Of a DNA stretch of 64,000 nt, positions 8,636 to 21,130 are shown one piece after another. A program made the position numbers and the translations under genes. Under the pieces are notes generated by a model. That model ran no database searches and was not told where the DNA came from. It saw nothing but the letters and a program-made list of their open reading frames with translations. Within the stretch, counting starts at the first letter, position 1, and the number at the start of each line of letters is the position of its first letter. Location: positions 1 to 64,000 of the forward strand of contig OW569352.1 in the NCBI GenBank assembly GCA_937625935.1, read 5' to 3'. Source of the stretch: Tetramitus jugosus (taxonomy: Eukaryota > Protista > Heterolobosea).

Positions 8636-11600
8636 ATGAAAGAGAGTCAATGGTCGTTTTATCGAACAATTCAACTGTGGTACAATCGATGCACATTCGC
8701 AATAGTGAATCCCCTGTTTGACATTGCAAAGAAGCGTGCTGTCACAATGGAAGATGTTAATTTGAATTTATATCCTGATGGCTCATTCATTCAATATGAT
8801 ATGAAATCAGTGAGCAGACAGATGGAAGATAACTATTGGAAATCTGGAGGCTCTTTGATGAAAGCATTTGGTACAATCAGTCTGCAATACTATGCAATGA
8901 TTGTGGTGAGACTAATGATTAATGTGATGCAAATAGCAACACCTGTGATGCTCAGTAGATTAGTACGAGTATATGAAGAGAATGACAATCCAGATCTATG
9001 GACCAGCTTGTGGTACTGTGGACTGTGTCTGGTATTGAAACTGGCAACATCATCTTTGAACAGTCTGTTCTGGGTCAAAATGCTTGCTATCACAAAGAGT
9101 ATTGAATCTGGAATCAACTCAACGATCTATAACAAAGTATTGAGACTCAGCTCAAAATCAAGAGGTGAGAAGAGTGCTGGAGAAATTCTTAATTTATTAT
9201 CAGATTCAGATAGAATTGTACAAACGTTGTATGACTTCCAGAACGTGTGGTCATCAGTGTTCAACATTACATCATTGATGTATTTGTTGTATGGATATAT
9301 CGGTAAGGCTGTATTTGCTGGAGTAGTGATGGTATTCCTATTGAGTGTGCCCAACTATTACATGGTGAAAAGATCTGTGACAATCTCCGATCAGCTAACA
9401 GATATGAGAGATGCTAGATCAAAGGTCGTCACAGATATGTTATCATCCATCCGTGTCATCAAGATGTTCGTGTGGGAACGATTGTATTCTGACAAGTTGT
9501 CACAATTGAAGAAGAAGGAAGATGAAGTGAACTACAGCGCTGAGGTTATATCTGGAGTTCAAGGGTTCATGTGGAGTTGTGTGCCATTCCTTTCTGGTGC
9601 CTCTTGTTTGATCTGGTATGCTGTTATCTCTGGACAACAATTGAGTAACTCTTTGATATTTGCTGTGCTGGAAATGGTTAATTCATTGAATGTAGATTTC
9701 CAGTGTTTACCTAGCTCTATCCATACAATCGTGGAATCAAGACTAGTTATCAAGAGATTAAGATCATTCTTGGACATGGAAGAAATAGAAATTGTACCAA
9801 GAATTCCAATGGATTCAGTGGACATCAAGTTCTCAAATGCATCCTTTGGATGGACCAGTGACAAGAAATTCTTGAATGACATTGATCTGGAGATTAAGAA
9901 GGGACAGTTTGTCGCAATTGTTGGTGGTGTTGGATCAGGTAAAAGTTCCATGTTGTCTGCAATACTGGGAGAAATACAACGATTGGATGGTTCAATCAGT
10001 GTGAACCAAAATAGAAAGGTAGCTTATGTTGAACAGTCTCCATTCATTAGAAGTCTCTCTCTGAAGAATAATATTTTATTTGGTTCCAAATTTGACAAAA
10101 CCAGATACCAACAAGTACTGTCAGTGACTACTCTGGATGAAGATTTGCCACAATTAGTTAATGGTGATAATACAATGATTGGAGAGAAGGGAGTAAATCT
10201 GAGTGGTGGCCAAAAGCTTCGTTGTAGCTTAGCAAGAGGATTGTACTCCAACTCAGATATATACTTGCTTGATGATCCATTAGCTGCAGTGGATTACAAG
10301 GTGGGAGAACATATATTTGATCATGCTATCTGTGGATATCTATCTGGTAAGACTCGAGTACTTGTGACAAATCAAGTTCAGTACTTGAAGAAGGCAGATG
10401 CAATTATTGTGATGAAGAATGGATCCATACAGGAAAAAGGCACCTACGAAGAGCTCGTCAACAAAAGTGATTCTGAATTCAAGACTCTCATGGATCTAAC
10501 TACTACTAATATCACTCACAGATCGTCTGCGACACAAGAACAACGAGAAGACGATGACGCTGTTCCAGATGTAGAGAGCGAACCTGATGAAGAGGGATCA
10601 GATGAATCAGATGATGACACAGATGTGTACAAAGAAGATGCCAATACCTTCAAGAAGATCAGCATACTGGTACAGTACGTTACCTCATTTAGCTGGATAT
10701 GGTTCATTGCATTCGTTGCCATCTCTATGGCCAAGACTGGATTCATGCTACTATCTGACTACTTCGTAGCATCATGGAGCTCTGATTCTGCACTGGTGAA
10801 CCATTCTACTCTGTTCTACTGTGGATTCTATTTAATATTTGGATTATCACATTTGCTGTGCTCTCTGTTGAATAGTTTACTTGGAGTTCATATTAGTTTG
10901 AAGGCTGCAGAGCAATTGCATTCAAAACTGTTGAATAGAATTTTGTCTGCCACTACTACATTCTTCGATGTGACACCATGTGGAAGACTGATGAGAGCAT
11001 TTGGAAAGGATGTACTCACACTGGATTCAGAGATACCATGGAAGATCAGTTCCTTGTTTAACTCAATTGGAGTTACAGGTCTCAGTCTGGGAGCAGTTCT
11101 GTTGTATGCTGGACCATCATTTCTCATCTATGCATCACCACTGCTATATATTGTATGGGTGTTACAGAACAAGTACAGATCTGCAGCTGTAGATAACATA
11201 CAGTCAGAGATCAGCTCCAATTGCTACTCCTACTTCTCAGAGACTCTGAATGGATGTGTCACAATTCGTGCATATTCTGAACAGGAACAATTCAAGAGAG
11301 AGAACATTCAGAACATTCAGAATGATGCAGATATTAATATTGTGTCACAAGTGACTAGTGCTTGGTTCAGTATTAGGATGGGTTGTATTCGGTCGTTGAT
11401 GCTATGTGTTGGATGTATTATGATTAGTCAATCATCAACAACAGCTGTGACAGCAGTATTGGTAATTCGAAATTTACTATGTTTCACCGATGAGATACAG
11501 TGGCTATTGGAGGTGCTATCTTATCTGGATCCAAACGCTCGATGCTTACAGAGAATGAAAAGACTCAGTGAACAGAGTCCAGTGGAACACTATCAGAGAG

Positions 11601-12373
11601 AAGTAGTGTCACAATCAACAGAAACCAGAGGACATATAGTGTTTGAGAACGTCACAATGAACTATGTGAACGATACTGAACCTGCTCTGAATGGTATCAG
11701 TCTAGAGATTAAGCCTGGAGAGAAGATTGGAGTTGCTGGAAGAACTGGATCAGGCAAGAGTTCTCTATTCGCTGTACTATTGAGACTATATGAACTATCA
11801 TCTGGTAGAATACGAATTGATGGTCAAGATATAAGTAAGATGTCACTGGAACAATTGAGAAGGATGGTAGCAATCATTCCACAAGATCCAATTCTATTGA
11901 GTGGAAGTACACTAAGACAGAATCTGGATCCATACAATGAACACTCAGATGAAGCTATCTGGCAAGCTCTAGAGAAGGTCTGTATGAAGGAGAGAGTGAC
12001 ACTGGCAGATGACAAGCTGTCACTATTGATTGCAGAGAATGGAAGAAACTTTTCACAGGGAGAGAGACAATTGCTATGCATGGCAAGAACACTACTGTTG
12101 ATGATGAAGTCACAAAATCCAATACGTGTGTTACTCATGGATGAAGTATCTGCTAGTGTTGATCTAAAGACTGATTCCATCATTAAGCAAACTGTGAAGA
12201 AGTACTTTGTGGAATGCACTGTCCTATCTATCGCTCATCGATTGGATCACTTGATCAAATTCTCTGATCGTATGTTGGTGTTGGCAGCTGGTAGAGTAGG
12301 TGCATTTGATGATGTAGATAAGATATTGCATTCCTCTTCTGAACAGACTGAGCAGATCCCACTTCTGGAATAA
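8636..12373 (+). CDS. ABC transporter, ABCC/MRP family (TMD-NBD-TMD-NBD)
   Basis: Walker A GGVGSGKS and GRTGSGKS, signatures LSGGQK and FSQGERQ, YLLDDPLAAVD, FFDVTPCGR. First ATG at 8636. Confidence 0.95.
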   Translation: MKESQWSFYRTIQLWYNRCTFAIVNPLFDIAKKRAVTMEDVNLNLYPDGSFIQYDMKSVSRQMEDNYWKSGGSLMKAFGTISLQYYAMIVVRLMINVMQIATPVMLSRLVRVYEENDNPDLWTSLWYCGLCLVLKLATSSLNSLFWVKMLAITKSIESGINSTIYNKVLRLSSKSRGEKSAGEILNLLSDSDRIVQTLYDFQNVWSSVFNITSLMYLLYGYIGKAVFAGVVMVFLLSVPNYYMVKRSVTISDQLTDMRDARSKVVTDMLSSIRVIKMFVWERLYSDKLSQLKKKEDEVNYSAEVISGVQGFMWSCVPFLSGASCLIWYAVISGQQLSNSLIFAVLEMVNSLNVDFQCLPSSIHTIVESRLVIKRLRSFLDMEEIEIVPRIPMDSVDIKFSNASFGWTSDKKFLNDIDLEIKKGQFVAIVGGVGSGKSSMLSAILGEIQRLDGSISVNQNRKVAYVEQSPFIRSLSLKNNILFGSKFDKTRYQQVLSVTTLDEDLPQLVNGDNTMIGEKGVNLSGGQKLRCSLARGLYSNSDIYLLDDPLAAVDYKVGEHIFDHAICGYLSGKTRVLVTNQVQYLKKADAIIVMKNGSIQEKGTYEELVNKSDSEFKTLMDLTTTNITHRSSATQEQREDDDAVPDVESEPDEEGSDESDDDTDVYKEDANTFKKISILVQYVTSFSWIWFIAFVAISMAKTGFMLLSDYFVASWSSDSALVNHSTLFYCGFYLIFGLSHLLCSLLNSLLGVHISLKAAEQLHSKLLNRILSATTTFFDVTPCGRLMRAFGKDVLTLDSEIPWKISSLFNSIGVTGLSLGAVLLYAGPSFLIYASPLLYIVWVLQNKYRSAAVDNIQSEISSNCYSYFSETLNGCVTIRAYSEQEQFKRENIQNIQNDADINIVSQVTSAWFSIRMGCIRSLMLCVGCIMISQSSTTAVTAVLVIRNLLCFTDEIQWLLEVLSYLDPNARCLQRMKRLSEQSPVEHYQREVVSQSTETRGHIVFENVTMNYVNDTEPALNGISLEIKPGEKIGVAGRTGSGKSSLFAVLLRLYELSSGRIRIDGQDISKMSLEQLRRMVAIIPQDPILLSGSTLRQNLDPYNEHSDEAIWQALEKVCMKERVTLADDKLSLLIAENGRNFSQGERQLLCMARTLLLMMKSQNPIRVLLMDEVSASVDLKTDSIIKQTVKKYFVECTVLSIAHRLDHLIKFSDRMLVLAAGRVGAFDDVDKILHSSSEQTEQIPLLE

Positions 12374-13039
12374 TAAACGTTCACTATAAGCAGTGGACTC
12401 TGTAGATTCAATAGTGTTTTCAATGCAATTCAGAGAATCAATAGCAATAACAATCCAACAAGTGTACCGCCTGCAATAGCTCCATCCATGTATAGGTTGT
12501 TAGCCCATGCTTCAGAGTCATCTTCTCCACTTCAAATCTCTTTCAATTGATTGATCGTTTCACAGAACGAACATTTGATTATGCTGATATTACTACAATA
12601 GTTGCAAATACTCTCTTTGATTCAACTGCAGCTTGTACATCAGCAACTGCATTATCCAAAAAGATTAATTTTCTATCCTCAACAATATATCCAAGAGCTC
12701 TTCGGTTGCCCTCTAGTATACTCTAGAGTTAGTATCTGTGTGTACAGTATACAATACTCACATTCTGTTGAAGAATGATACCTTTGGTCCCTTCACATTG
12801 TGGAAAGGAGTATCTCCCTCAGTAACCTTACACCTCTCATCAGTCAAACTCATCAAGGACTTCAAATGTTCAAGTGCTCAATCGTTTCATAAGAGGAAGA
12901 ATGTGGCTACATTGGGTAAGGATGATTTACAAAACGCTGGGAAACTCCCAATGTTATGTTATTATGTGTTACTGAATTAGGACTGACAGTTCACTTTGTA
13001 GATTTTTTAACTCTGTAGGATTGACAGACCAAATTGATC

Positions 13040-14749
13040 AATGCACAGACTTTAATTGTCCAATGATGCCGGATTGATGTACGAGTAGTTGTGGCTAAAC
13101 TCCGAAAACGCTTAGCTACGTTTTCTTCAAATATTGTTACTCCTCTGTGTTATTATCTCCAATTCCATTGTTATTTCTTCAAACGAGGCCTTTAGGTTGT
13201 ATCTGAATCCCAACACAGTTTGTTTCCACGATCATTTGAGGAATAGCCATACAAGTACAGAATGTTCGGATGGCGTAAACTCTGAAGGATTGAAACTTTT
13301 TTGAATGATTCATCATCAGATACTTTCATCTTCTTCACAGCTACAAAGTTGCTCTTTCACTCTCCTTTGAAAACTACACCGAATGCTCCTACTGAAATAC
13401 GACTGAGTAGTTAGTTTAGTATCTGCCGTATCAATGTAAAAATCCCCTTTTCAATTGAAGAATCATCAATTTCATTCATTTCTTCCAATAAACATGCCCA
13501 CAGGTCTGACTTCATTTGCTCTTCCCTTCTTTCTTTCCCACACTATTAATACCAATGAATAAACTAGCGATGCTTGGTTCGGAATCTACGTTACTCATAC
13601 TGACCCACGTTGAAGAGTTACCTTCAAAATCTCAACAACCTAGTTTTCCATCGTTGGTCAAAGCAAGCAGATAAACATCATCCACAACAACTTGAGACAC
13701 TGTTTTCCCATTCAAAATACCAAGATCAACTAAGCCCCAAGAATAAATCTGACCATTCCTCGTCAAAACTGTTACATGTTCATTCCCCGCTGGAATATGA
13801 GTAGTAACCCTTCAAAATGAGTCCCATTCATAACTACAGCAACGGGATGTTTTCTGATTCTTTGTGGCTTCTTTCAAAGCACCAGTCATCCCAACATTCA
13901 CAGGAAATGGTTTGGTGACCACTGACCCATCTCCAACTTCTCCTTTGTTATTCGTACCCACGATAAAGTGTTCCCATCTTCAGTCAAAGCAACATATCGT
14001 ACTGTTCTGTATTGCCACCAAGCATCCCTTGCTCTGATACTTGTAATATTCTTACCACTTAATGTACCGTTCATACCAATTGCCGATACAAGGTTGGATT
14101 TACCTTCTTTTCTTCCATTTCCTAATTGACCATCTTCATTCCTGCCCCATGATTAGCCCTTTCCTTTGCTTGTCAATATCATCGTATGAACTTCACCGGC
14201 CACAACTATAGTAATCGAATCGATCAATGCACTACCTATCTCAAGTAGAGTAGGATGGTAGAGAATATCATCCATACGACCGTCGAGTTGGTATTCATTA
14301 TTGCTACCCCAACCATACAACAGGCCATCACTCGTCAAAGCTAGAGTATGATTTCCTCCAGTTGCGATACACACAACCACCTTTCCTCTTGATTTCTGCC
14401 CCCCAAAGACTGCCACCTGAGTAATCACTGTGTCTTTCAATGCATCGTCCATATCAACCAACACACGAGTATTTTTTACTTGTGGATGAAAAATCGTCAA
14501 TCGCCAGTTGACCGTAACCATTTTCACCAGGCATACAACTTTGAATCATTTGTCAACATCAACATGTGATAGTGACCAGATGCTAATTGCACAACAGATA
14601 CAGGATAATTTCTCTAAGGCAACATTCGACTTATCGACTGCCCCAGTTGACCAACATCATTGTCACCCCAAGTGAAAACAGTGTTTAATTCTTGAGAAAG
14701 TGCTGCTGAATGTAGTATGCCTGCAGTGATCAGTGTTTATTGATTTCAT
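13040..14749 (-). pseudogene. Degraded RCC1-repeat / tyrosine-kinase-like (receptor-type) kinase gene
   Basis: RCC1 repeats (AGILHSAAL..TWGDNDVGQLG; GGNHTLALTSDGLLYGWGSN) followed by kinase remnants (GAFGVVFKGE*..VAVKKM; LRHPNILYLYG), with many stops and frameshifts. Confidence 0.75.
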
Positions 14750-14838
14750 GGTTAACATTTTTTTCTCCTTGAATGTCCTAAACCTTGGTGATTTCTTGGT
14801 TCTAGATCATCAGGACATCTCTATTGTACAGTACCAAG

Positions 14839-15198
14839 TTATTCCTCCCTTCTAATTCTTTCCAAATTCTTGTTAATAACTCTCTCTAATTCTCTCTGTG
14901 TATCTTCATTCTCGTCCGGATACACCTCTCTGACAACTTGGTAGACTAACTGATGAACTTCTGGAAGGGACTCCAAGTTGACACCCGTACCCAGGACTCT
15001 CTCAATGACGAATGGTTCCCTGGCAGAGAGTTTGGGATCAGCTATATCAATATCCACGATCCTATCCTTGATACGAGACGAGGGATTGGCAGCACAACTT
15101 GGGATGATGGAAGAAAAGTACCGGTGCTCATTGGTTCGAGAAATCCTCCTGAAGTGGGATGACGGACCCTTAGTAATTATTGGAAATAATCTCTTCAT
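14839..15198 (-). CDS. Hypothetical protein with a possible mitochondrial presequence
   Basis: 119-aa ATG-initiated ORF with an Arg/Ser-rich, largely acid-free N-terminus. Confidence 0.5.
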   Translation of the reverse strand: MKRLFPIITKGPSSHFRRISRTNEHRYFSSIIPSCAANPSSRIKDRIVDIDIADPKLSAREPFVIERVLGTGVNLESLPEVHQLVYQVVREVYPDENEDTQRELERVINKNLERIRREE

Positions 15199-15337
15199 AA
15201 TAATAATTTTGTTAGCTTGTTATGAATTGTGATGTGGTTGGTTTTTACCTGACCGTGAAACACGCTCGTTCCTATTTTATAAGCGAGTGGATACAACCAA
15301 AGAAATTTTAGCTTTTTTCAAGTGAAAAAATAGAACG

Positions 15338-17044
15338 TCACACTAAAGATTCCAACTTCTTGTTGATCTGGATGATAATCTCGCTGTTGTTTGTGTACGC
15401 TCCAGTCCTCAAGAGTTGATCTCGTTCTTTGAGCAATCGTTGATACTCCTTCCTAGCCACTGGAGAAGGATCTACGTATTTGTGCACATGTTCATGTTTG
15501 TGCAACTTTTCTGGTGTGGTTTGAGTTGAACTACTCGGGGAAGGTGAAGACGCTGGTATGGTACCCCTCCTTTGCAAATTTGGTTGCTCCAGTGGAAGTT
15601 TAGTGTCTTTCTCTTCTTCTTTTCGTATCAAATCTGTTAACTGGTTCTTCAACTCTCGAATCTCCTCTAGTTCCTTCTTCTCTTGGACAGTAGAGTCCTT
15701 TCCCATGGAGAATGGTTGTGTTAAGTGTACATATGGGTATATTGAAGGAGCTGAGTAATTTGCTGGTATGATACTCCCCCAAGTAGGTGGAACAAGAACT
15801 GGTGAGGGTAACGTTGGAGGACCTTTCAGAATCACACTCTTAAGATCAGTTAAGTTCCTCCTCTCCTCCTTCATTATTTTATCTACATCAACTAAGTGGC
15901 TCCGCTTAATCTCGTTTAATTCATGTAGTAACCTCTTCCACTGTGCTTTGTAGTTCTTTTTCGAGCGAATACACTGATCTAACCTGTTCTGTAGATTATC
16001 CTTCTCAATAATCAACTTGGAAATCTCACCCTTCATGAGAGAACTATCAGATGAGTTAATCTTCAAGCAAGTATCGTGATGTTCTTTCGACAATTGTTGA
16101 TATTGTGACTCCATGTCACGTAATCTTCGAAACAGACCCTCGTTATCTTTCTCAAGTTCTAAGTTCTTCTTTTGTTTGATCTCCAAATGATGGAGCGCCT
16201 CGTTTTTGTTCATAGCTATTGTGTGATTCATCTCTTCTAACTTGCGTTCGTATGATGCCTCAATCTCTTCTTTTCGCCTTCTTAACTCGGACTCCACTAT
16301 CAATAATTTTTCTTCTTTTGTTTTAATGTTCAACAGGGTGTCCGCTATCTTTTGCTCCATTTCCAACAGGTTATGTTGTTGTTTTTCGAGTACTTGTTTC
16401 CTCTTCTCCTCTCTCGACTGCACCTCCTCCCTGAGAGCCTCCAAATGTTGTTTTTCTTTCACCTTCAGTGAATTGATAAACTTTCTCTTCTCTTGTTTCT
16501 TCCAGAGCTCCAACTCCCATGCAGCTTTGTACTCAGGAGTGTTTCGAATTAATTCTGCTGAAATCATGTATTGTTCCTCGAGCGTCAAATCTCCAATAGC
16601 GTCAATATCTATCTCTCCATCCACCTCTATCTCCAGATCATCGTCAACTAATTCATCCAGATCTAGGTCGCCTTCGATCACGTTTGAAACTTCACTTTTG
16701 CTCTTTGGAGCTCCGTCAGAGACCGGAGAAGCAATTGTCTTTCTCTCACGCTCTGGACTATCGCCCTGGGATTCTTCCTCATCTACCTGTATCAACTTCT
16801 CTTTAGTATCTCCACTATCAGATAGGACAATAGTTTCATCATCTCGTTGAGAGATCTTTGGAGTCTCCGTTTTTGGTAGAGTTTTTAGAATTGTTGTTGT
16901 TCTCCTCGGTGCTGCTCCATCTACTCTGTTCTTCTGTTGTTTCTGCTCTCTTACCTTAGGCATTCCTCCAGATTTTCCTTCATTCTCCTTGCTCTGTTGC
17001 TGTTGACTCCTTGATTGTGCTCTCCTTGCTGTGTGAAGTTGCAT
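15338..17044 (-). CDS. CEP120: CEP120-like centriolar coiled-coil protein
   Basis: AAWELELWKKQEKRKF..LKVKEKQHLEALREE and C-terminal RLLKERDQLLRTGAYT..II..INKK resemble the CEP120 C-terminal half. Likely ATG at 17044. Confidence 0.7.
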   Translation of the reverse strand: MQLHTARRAQSRSQQQQSKENEGKSGGMPKVREQKQQKNRVDGAAPRRTTTILKTLPKTETPKISQRDDETIVLSDSGDTKEKLIQVDEEESQGDSPERERKTIASPVSDGAPKSKSEVSNVIEGDLDLDELVDDDLEIEVDGEIDIDAIGDLTLEEQYMISAELIRNTPEYKAAWELELWKKQEKRKFINSLKVKEKQHLEALREEVQSREEKRKQVLEKQQHNLLEMEQKIADTLLNIKTKEEKLLIVESELRRRKEEIEASYERKLEEMNHTIAMNKNEALHHLEIKQKKNLELEKDNEGLFRRLRDMESQYQQLSKEHHDTCLKINSSDSSLMKGEISKLIIEKDNLQNRLDQCIRSKKNYKAQWKRLLHELNEIKRSHLVDVDKIMKEERRNLTDLKSVILKGPPTLPSPVLVPPTWGSIIPANYSAPSIYPYVHLTQPFSMGKDSTVQEKKELEEIRELKNQLTDLIRKEEEKDTKLPLEQPNLQRRGTIPASSPSPSSSTQTTPEKLHKHEHVHKYVDPSPVARKEYQRLLKERDQLLRTGAYTNNSEIIIQINKKLESLV

Positions 17045-17197
17045 TTTCCTCTTTTTTCTGTAAATTTCCCAGTTATCTGTGTTCCGACTGTGATGTGAGA
17101 CGAGTGCGAGAAGACTCGGAACTTCACCAGGAAAAACAACACCAACACACAAACAATATTCAAATCAACCCAACTGCGCAGTACACAGACAAAAAAA

Positions 17198-18259
17198 ATG
17201 ACTGCAACAACAGCAAGTCTCGAATGCAAGAAAAGAATATTGTACAGCACGCTCGCTCTCATCACCTTGTTGCTTGTACTCTTCAACCATCACTCACTCA
17301 TTCGGATGGTGTCTGCCCAACAACAACAGCAACAGCAACAACAACCGACAAGTGCGCCAACAACCACAACTCATAATCAACATCAATCATCATTCACACC
17401 AACACCTTCTCCTCCTCAACAACAACAACAACAACTACCACCCATTATGATTGACCGTGGTGAAGATGATAGCAAGTACCATGTGCTGATCAGAGACAAC
17501 ATGGATATGAGCACGAGAGATGACTATGACCCATCTAGGATCATTCCCATGACAATCAATGATCAATTGTTCACTTGCTTCATTCCATCCCCTGCTGCGA
17601 CTGCTGCTTCCATGGGTATGAACACCATGTCGTCGCAGGATGACAACAACAGTAACAACAACAACAACAACAATTCACAACACCATCAACAACAAGATAA
17701 CAAGACTCATCATTTATTGAATCAAATGATTATGGATTTGAACAAGAAATGCATGTATCGGATGGGTGGTTGGTGGATCTATGAACTGTGCATCAATCGT
17801 CACATGCGTCAATACCATCAAGAAATGAGCAACGGAGAAATCACAATGGACTACATTCTCGGAAATTCAACAGAAACTGAAAAACCAATGCAGAGCTACA
17901 CGGTTCACATGTCTTCATCCGATCCAGAAGACTCCTATCTCAGCTTACAATACAAGGATGGAACCAAGTGTGATTTGAACAATGGCGAATCCAGAACAAC
18001 AGAAGTTAGACTGTACTGTGCCTCTGATAAGAAGAGACAACAGTTTTTGTTGGGCGGGGGAACAGGATTCAGCAAAATGACATACTTTTTGGGAGATATC
18101 GAGGAACCTGTCAGTTGTTCCTATCTCGCAAAGGTATACTTGAATACTTTGTGTGACATACCGGGATTTGCCAAGAAAGAGGACAACATAAGTAAGATTC
18201 AATGTGTTCCATACTCTGTGGCACAATCATTTATCACACAAAATAAGGTCGTCATGTAA
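17198..18259 (+). CDS. OS9: OS-9/Yos9-like ERAD lectin (MRH/PRKCSH domain)
   Basis: Signal/anchor segment, CMYRMGGWWIYELC..RQYH, GTKCDL..RTTEVRLYC, EEPVSCSY. Confidence 0.85.
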   Translation: MTATTASLECKKRILYSTLALITLLLVLFNHHSLIRMVSAQQQQQQQQQPTSAPTTTTHNQHQSSFTPTPSPPQQQQQQLPPIMIDRGEDDSKYHVLIRDNMDMSTRDDYDPSRIIPMTINDQLFTCFIPSPAATAASMGMNTMSSQDDNNSNNNNNNNSQHHQQQDNKTHHLLNQMIMDLNKKCMYRMGGWWIYELCINRHMRQYHQEMSNGEITMDYILGNSTETEKPMQSYTVHMSSSDPEDSYLSLQYKDGTKCDLNNGESRTTEVRLYCASDKKRQQFLLGGGTGFSKMTYFLGDIEEPVSCSYLAKVYLNTLCDIPGFAKKEDNISKIQCVPYSVAQSFITQNKVVM

Positions 18260-18825
18260 TAATAATAATAACAACAATATGTACACAATAAGATTATGCC
18301 GCCTTCGTTCAAAGAAAATTGTGCAAGGTAAACCAAGAACAGTTTTCGTCGCAGAAATAGACCAAGAGCTTTTCCGACACGGTTGGCGCTAAAAGAGTGC
18401 TAATTTTCCCTGGCAAAAAGGGAGCCCCCACAAAAAAACGCAACAACCAACCTACTATAACCACCGCACACTTCTATCACTACACCACAAGCACACCATC
18501 AATCACATTCGTACAACAGACAGGCATAACAGATTTTGATTGTAATATTAATCGATAACACAATCATCAGTTCTTCCTCAATTTTTTCTTGGTTGTTTGC
18601 TAAAGCTACTTGACTTTTGAAAGCTAAATCACATCATCATATTACACTCTTTCCCTCCATTGTCATCATCCACACCTATTACCCTTGCTTTTTTTGAGTG
18701 CTACTATTCCCCCTCATTCTATGAGTAACATCATCAATCATCAACACCCACAATAACAATACCCAATCACCCACACACTTTCTCACCCTAAAAACAAATT
18801 CAACAACAACAACAACAAACAAAAA

Positions 18826-20846
18826 ATGAAGTATGAAAATGAACAAGACGTACGATGCTTACCCCTAAAAAAGCAAATCATCTATGCTTTGAAAAGACAA
18901 TCTCCACTGATACAACACTCCTCTCCCTCCTCTACTCCATATCACTCTCCGTTAAACCATGACAACGTTGTTGAGTGTGCTCAGATACCACATTCTCTGA
19001 GTGACACTGACTACGTTGCCCTATCATCACCACCCATCTATCCCAACTATAAACAACAATCTAGCAGCACGAATAACAACAATACTACTGTCACTACCAA
19101 CAATATATCAACTAGTCACCTCTCATCATCCACTCCCACATTCTCTGATCAATCATTATCGCCACCAATAGCCTTTCCAATGCCTGTTGGTTGTCAACCC
19201 TTCCTCTCTCACTCATCAACTGATCAAAATGGATACATGTGTAGTAACAATAATACAAATGGCATGTGTTCTAATATCACAAACCCATTGATAAACAGGT
19301 CAACACCAGTAGTGATTGACAACTCAAATGGTTTTGTCTCTCCTCCAGCGAACACCTGCATACCTCCTCCTCCTCTTCCAACAATAGCTACACCACCTAC
19401 AATCAACAAAGACTGCCAATATATCAAACATGAAGAAGCACACCGACCTCATCACACATCCATGAACGATCTGGAGGATGATGATACGAGTATGTCAGGT
19501 ACGTCTTCATCACATCACTGCTCAGATATAAAAGCTCCAATATCCTTCCATTCACCAGCAACCCCATTGATGAGTGAACCTATTCCCATTTCTAATATCA
19601 AGGTTTTTTCCTCGCATCATATTAACAATGATGATGACGATATTGAGATGGGAGATGTGAGTGATAAGGATCAATCCACACCACATAATGCACAGGAGAT
19701 TGCACTTCCAACCAATGACTCCACTGTACAAATTCAGTTGACAAATAAGGATACTATCACCAACAGTAATCATAGCACAGACAACACCATCAACAACAAC
19801 AATAACATTACACCTGATCAAGAAACAAATCACCATCTCGAAGCATCATTCATGAAGGACGATGGAGATGACGAGGACGAAGACTCTACAACAAGTCGGA
19901 GCTCAGAAATCAGTAACGACATGAATCACATTAACGATTCAGTGGAAAAGGTTCGAAAAGTGAGACAACGGAGAAGGTCCGTACCTGAAAAAACAAAAAC
20001 ATCAAATGCTATTAGAAAGAATAGACGAACAAAAGTTCGTCGGTCAGTATCCCACAATAATGAAAATGAATCAGAGAATGACTCGGACTCCTCTGAAGAG
20101 TCTGATGTTGTGGATTCAGACGAAGAGAGCTCAGACGATGATGACGACGAAGATGGAAAGGTGTATTGCATTTGCAAAAAGCCTCATCAAGGTCTATTCA
20201 TGATTTCATGCGACAATTGCTCCGAGTGGTTCCATGGAAAATGTGTGTCCGTCACTGCTAGTGAGGCGAAGAGAATTCAGCAGTACATATGTCCATCATG
20301 TCGTAGAAAAACGGGCAAGGAAGTTGTCTACAAATCAGATCCTAAGAAGAAAGTTGTGCAATCTCGAACAAAACTTTCGAACAGCAATCACATAACTCCA
20401 GAGAAATCTCAACAGAAAAAGAGAGATTCATCCACCAAAAAGAGAAAAGCAGAAGACGATGGTATGTATGTAACTCACTTGCGTTGATCATTGTCAGATC
20501 AACAGTTCGATGATTGTATGATGTGGCTGAAGATTTAACATTGTTTGTTGTTGATCTACTTGAATGGGATATTATTATTCGAAACACAGATGACGACAAC
20601 TCACCAGAAATTGCCGAGAATGATTCAGCTTACTCCAAGCGGAGACGCCGGTATCATCGCACACACAACGTTTCCTCCTTTGAATTGCCAGACTCAACAG
20701 ACAAGCAGCAGGCTGACACCAGCAAAGAATTGAGTGTACAGCAGAATGAACTCATGCTCCATCTTTCTACTGTTCAGTACAAGGAAGATTTGGCTAAATC
20801 CATGTGCAATCTCTCAGTCTCTCCACCCATCAACAGTGAACAGTAA
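18826..20846 (+). CDS. PHD-finger protein, join(18826..20461,20590..20846)
   Basis: [31 protein letters not shown] gtatgt..cag intron at 20462-20589 joins the two ORFs in frame. Confidence 0.85.
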
Positions 20847-21130
20847 ACCTACATCAATTTTGGCCATTCTCTCAGAATTTTGTTTCCATCGGGAATTTCG
20901 GTATTTTTTTTCCTTGTGCTGTTCAACAATCCGACTCGGAAAATTTACGCATTCAGTCAATTCCAAAAACATGTTGGAGAAATCCTACATTACTCCCTCG
21001 TCAACCAGAACAAGGGGGGTCTCATCCTCTATTTTTTCCTCTTGATTATGATGATACATCAGAGCAACCCAAATCCAAAAACTCATCAAAAACAACACAA
21101 TCAATCTTTCAACTCGTGTACATTTAAGCC

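Noticed and set aside
8890-12219. Many short antisense or overlapping ORFs inside long genes (here and throughout)
   Set aside because: Shadow frames of well-supported CDSs.
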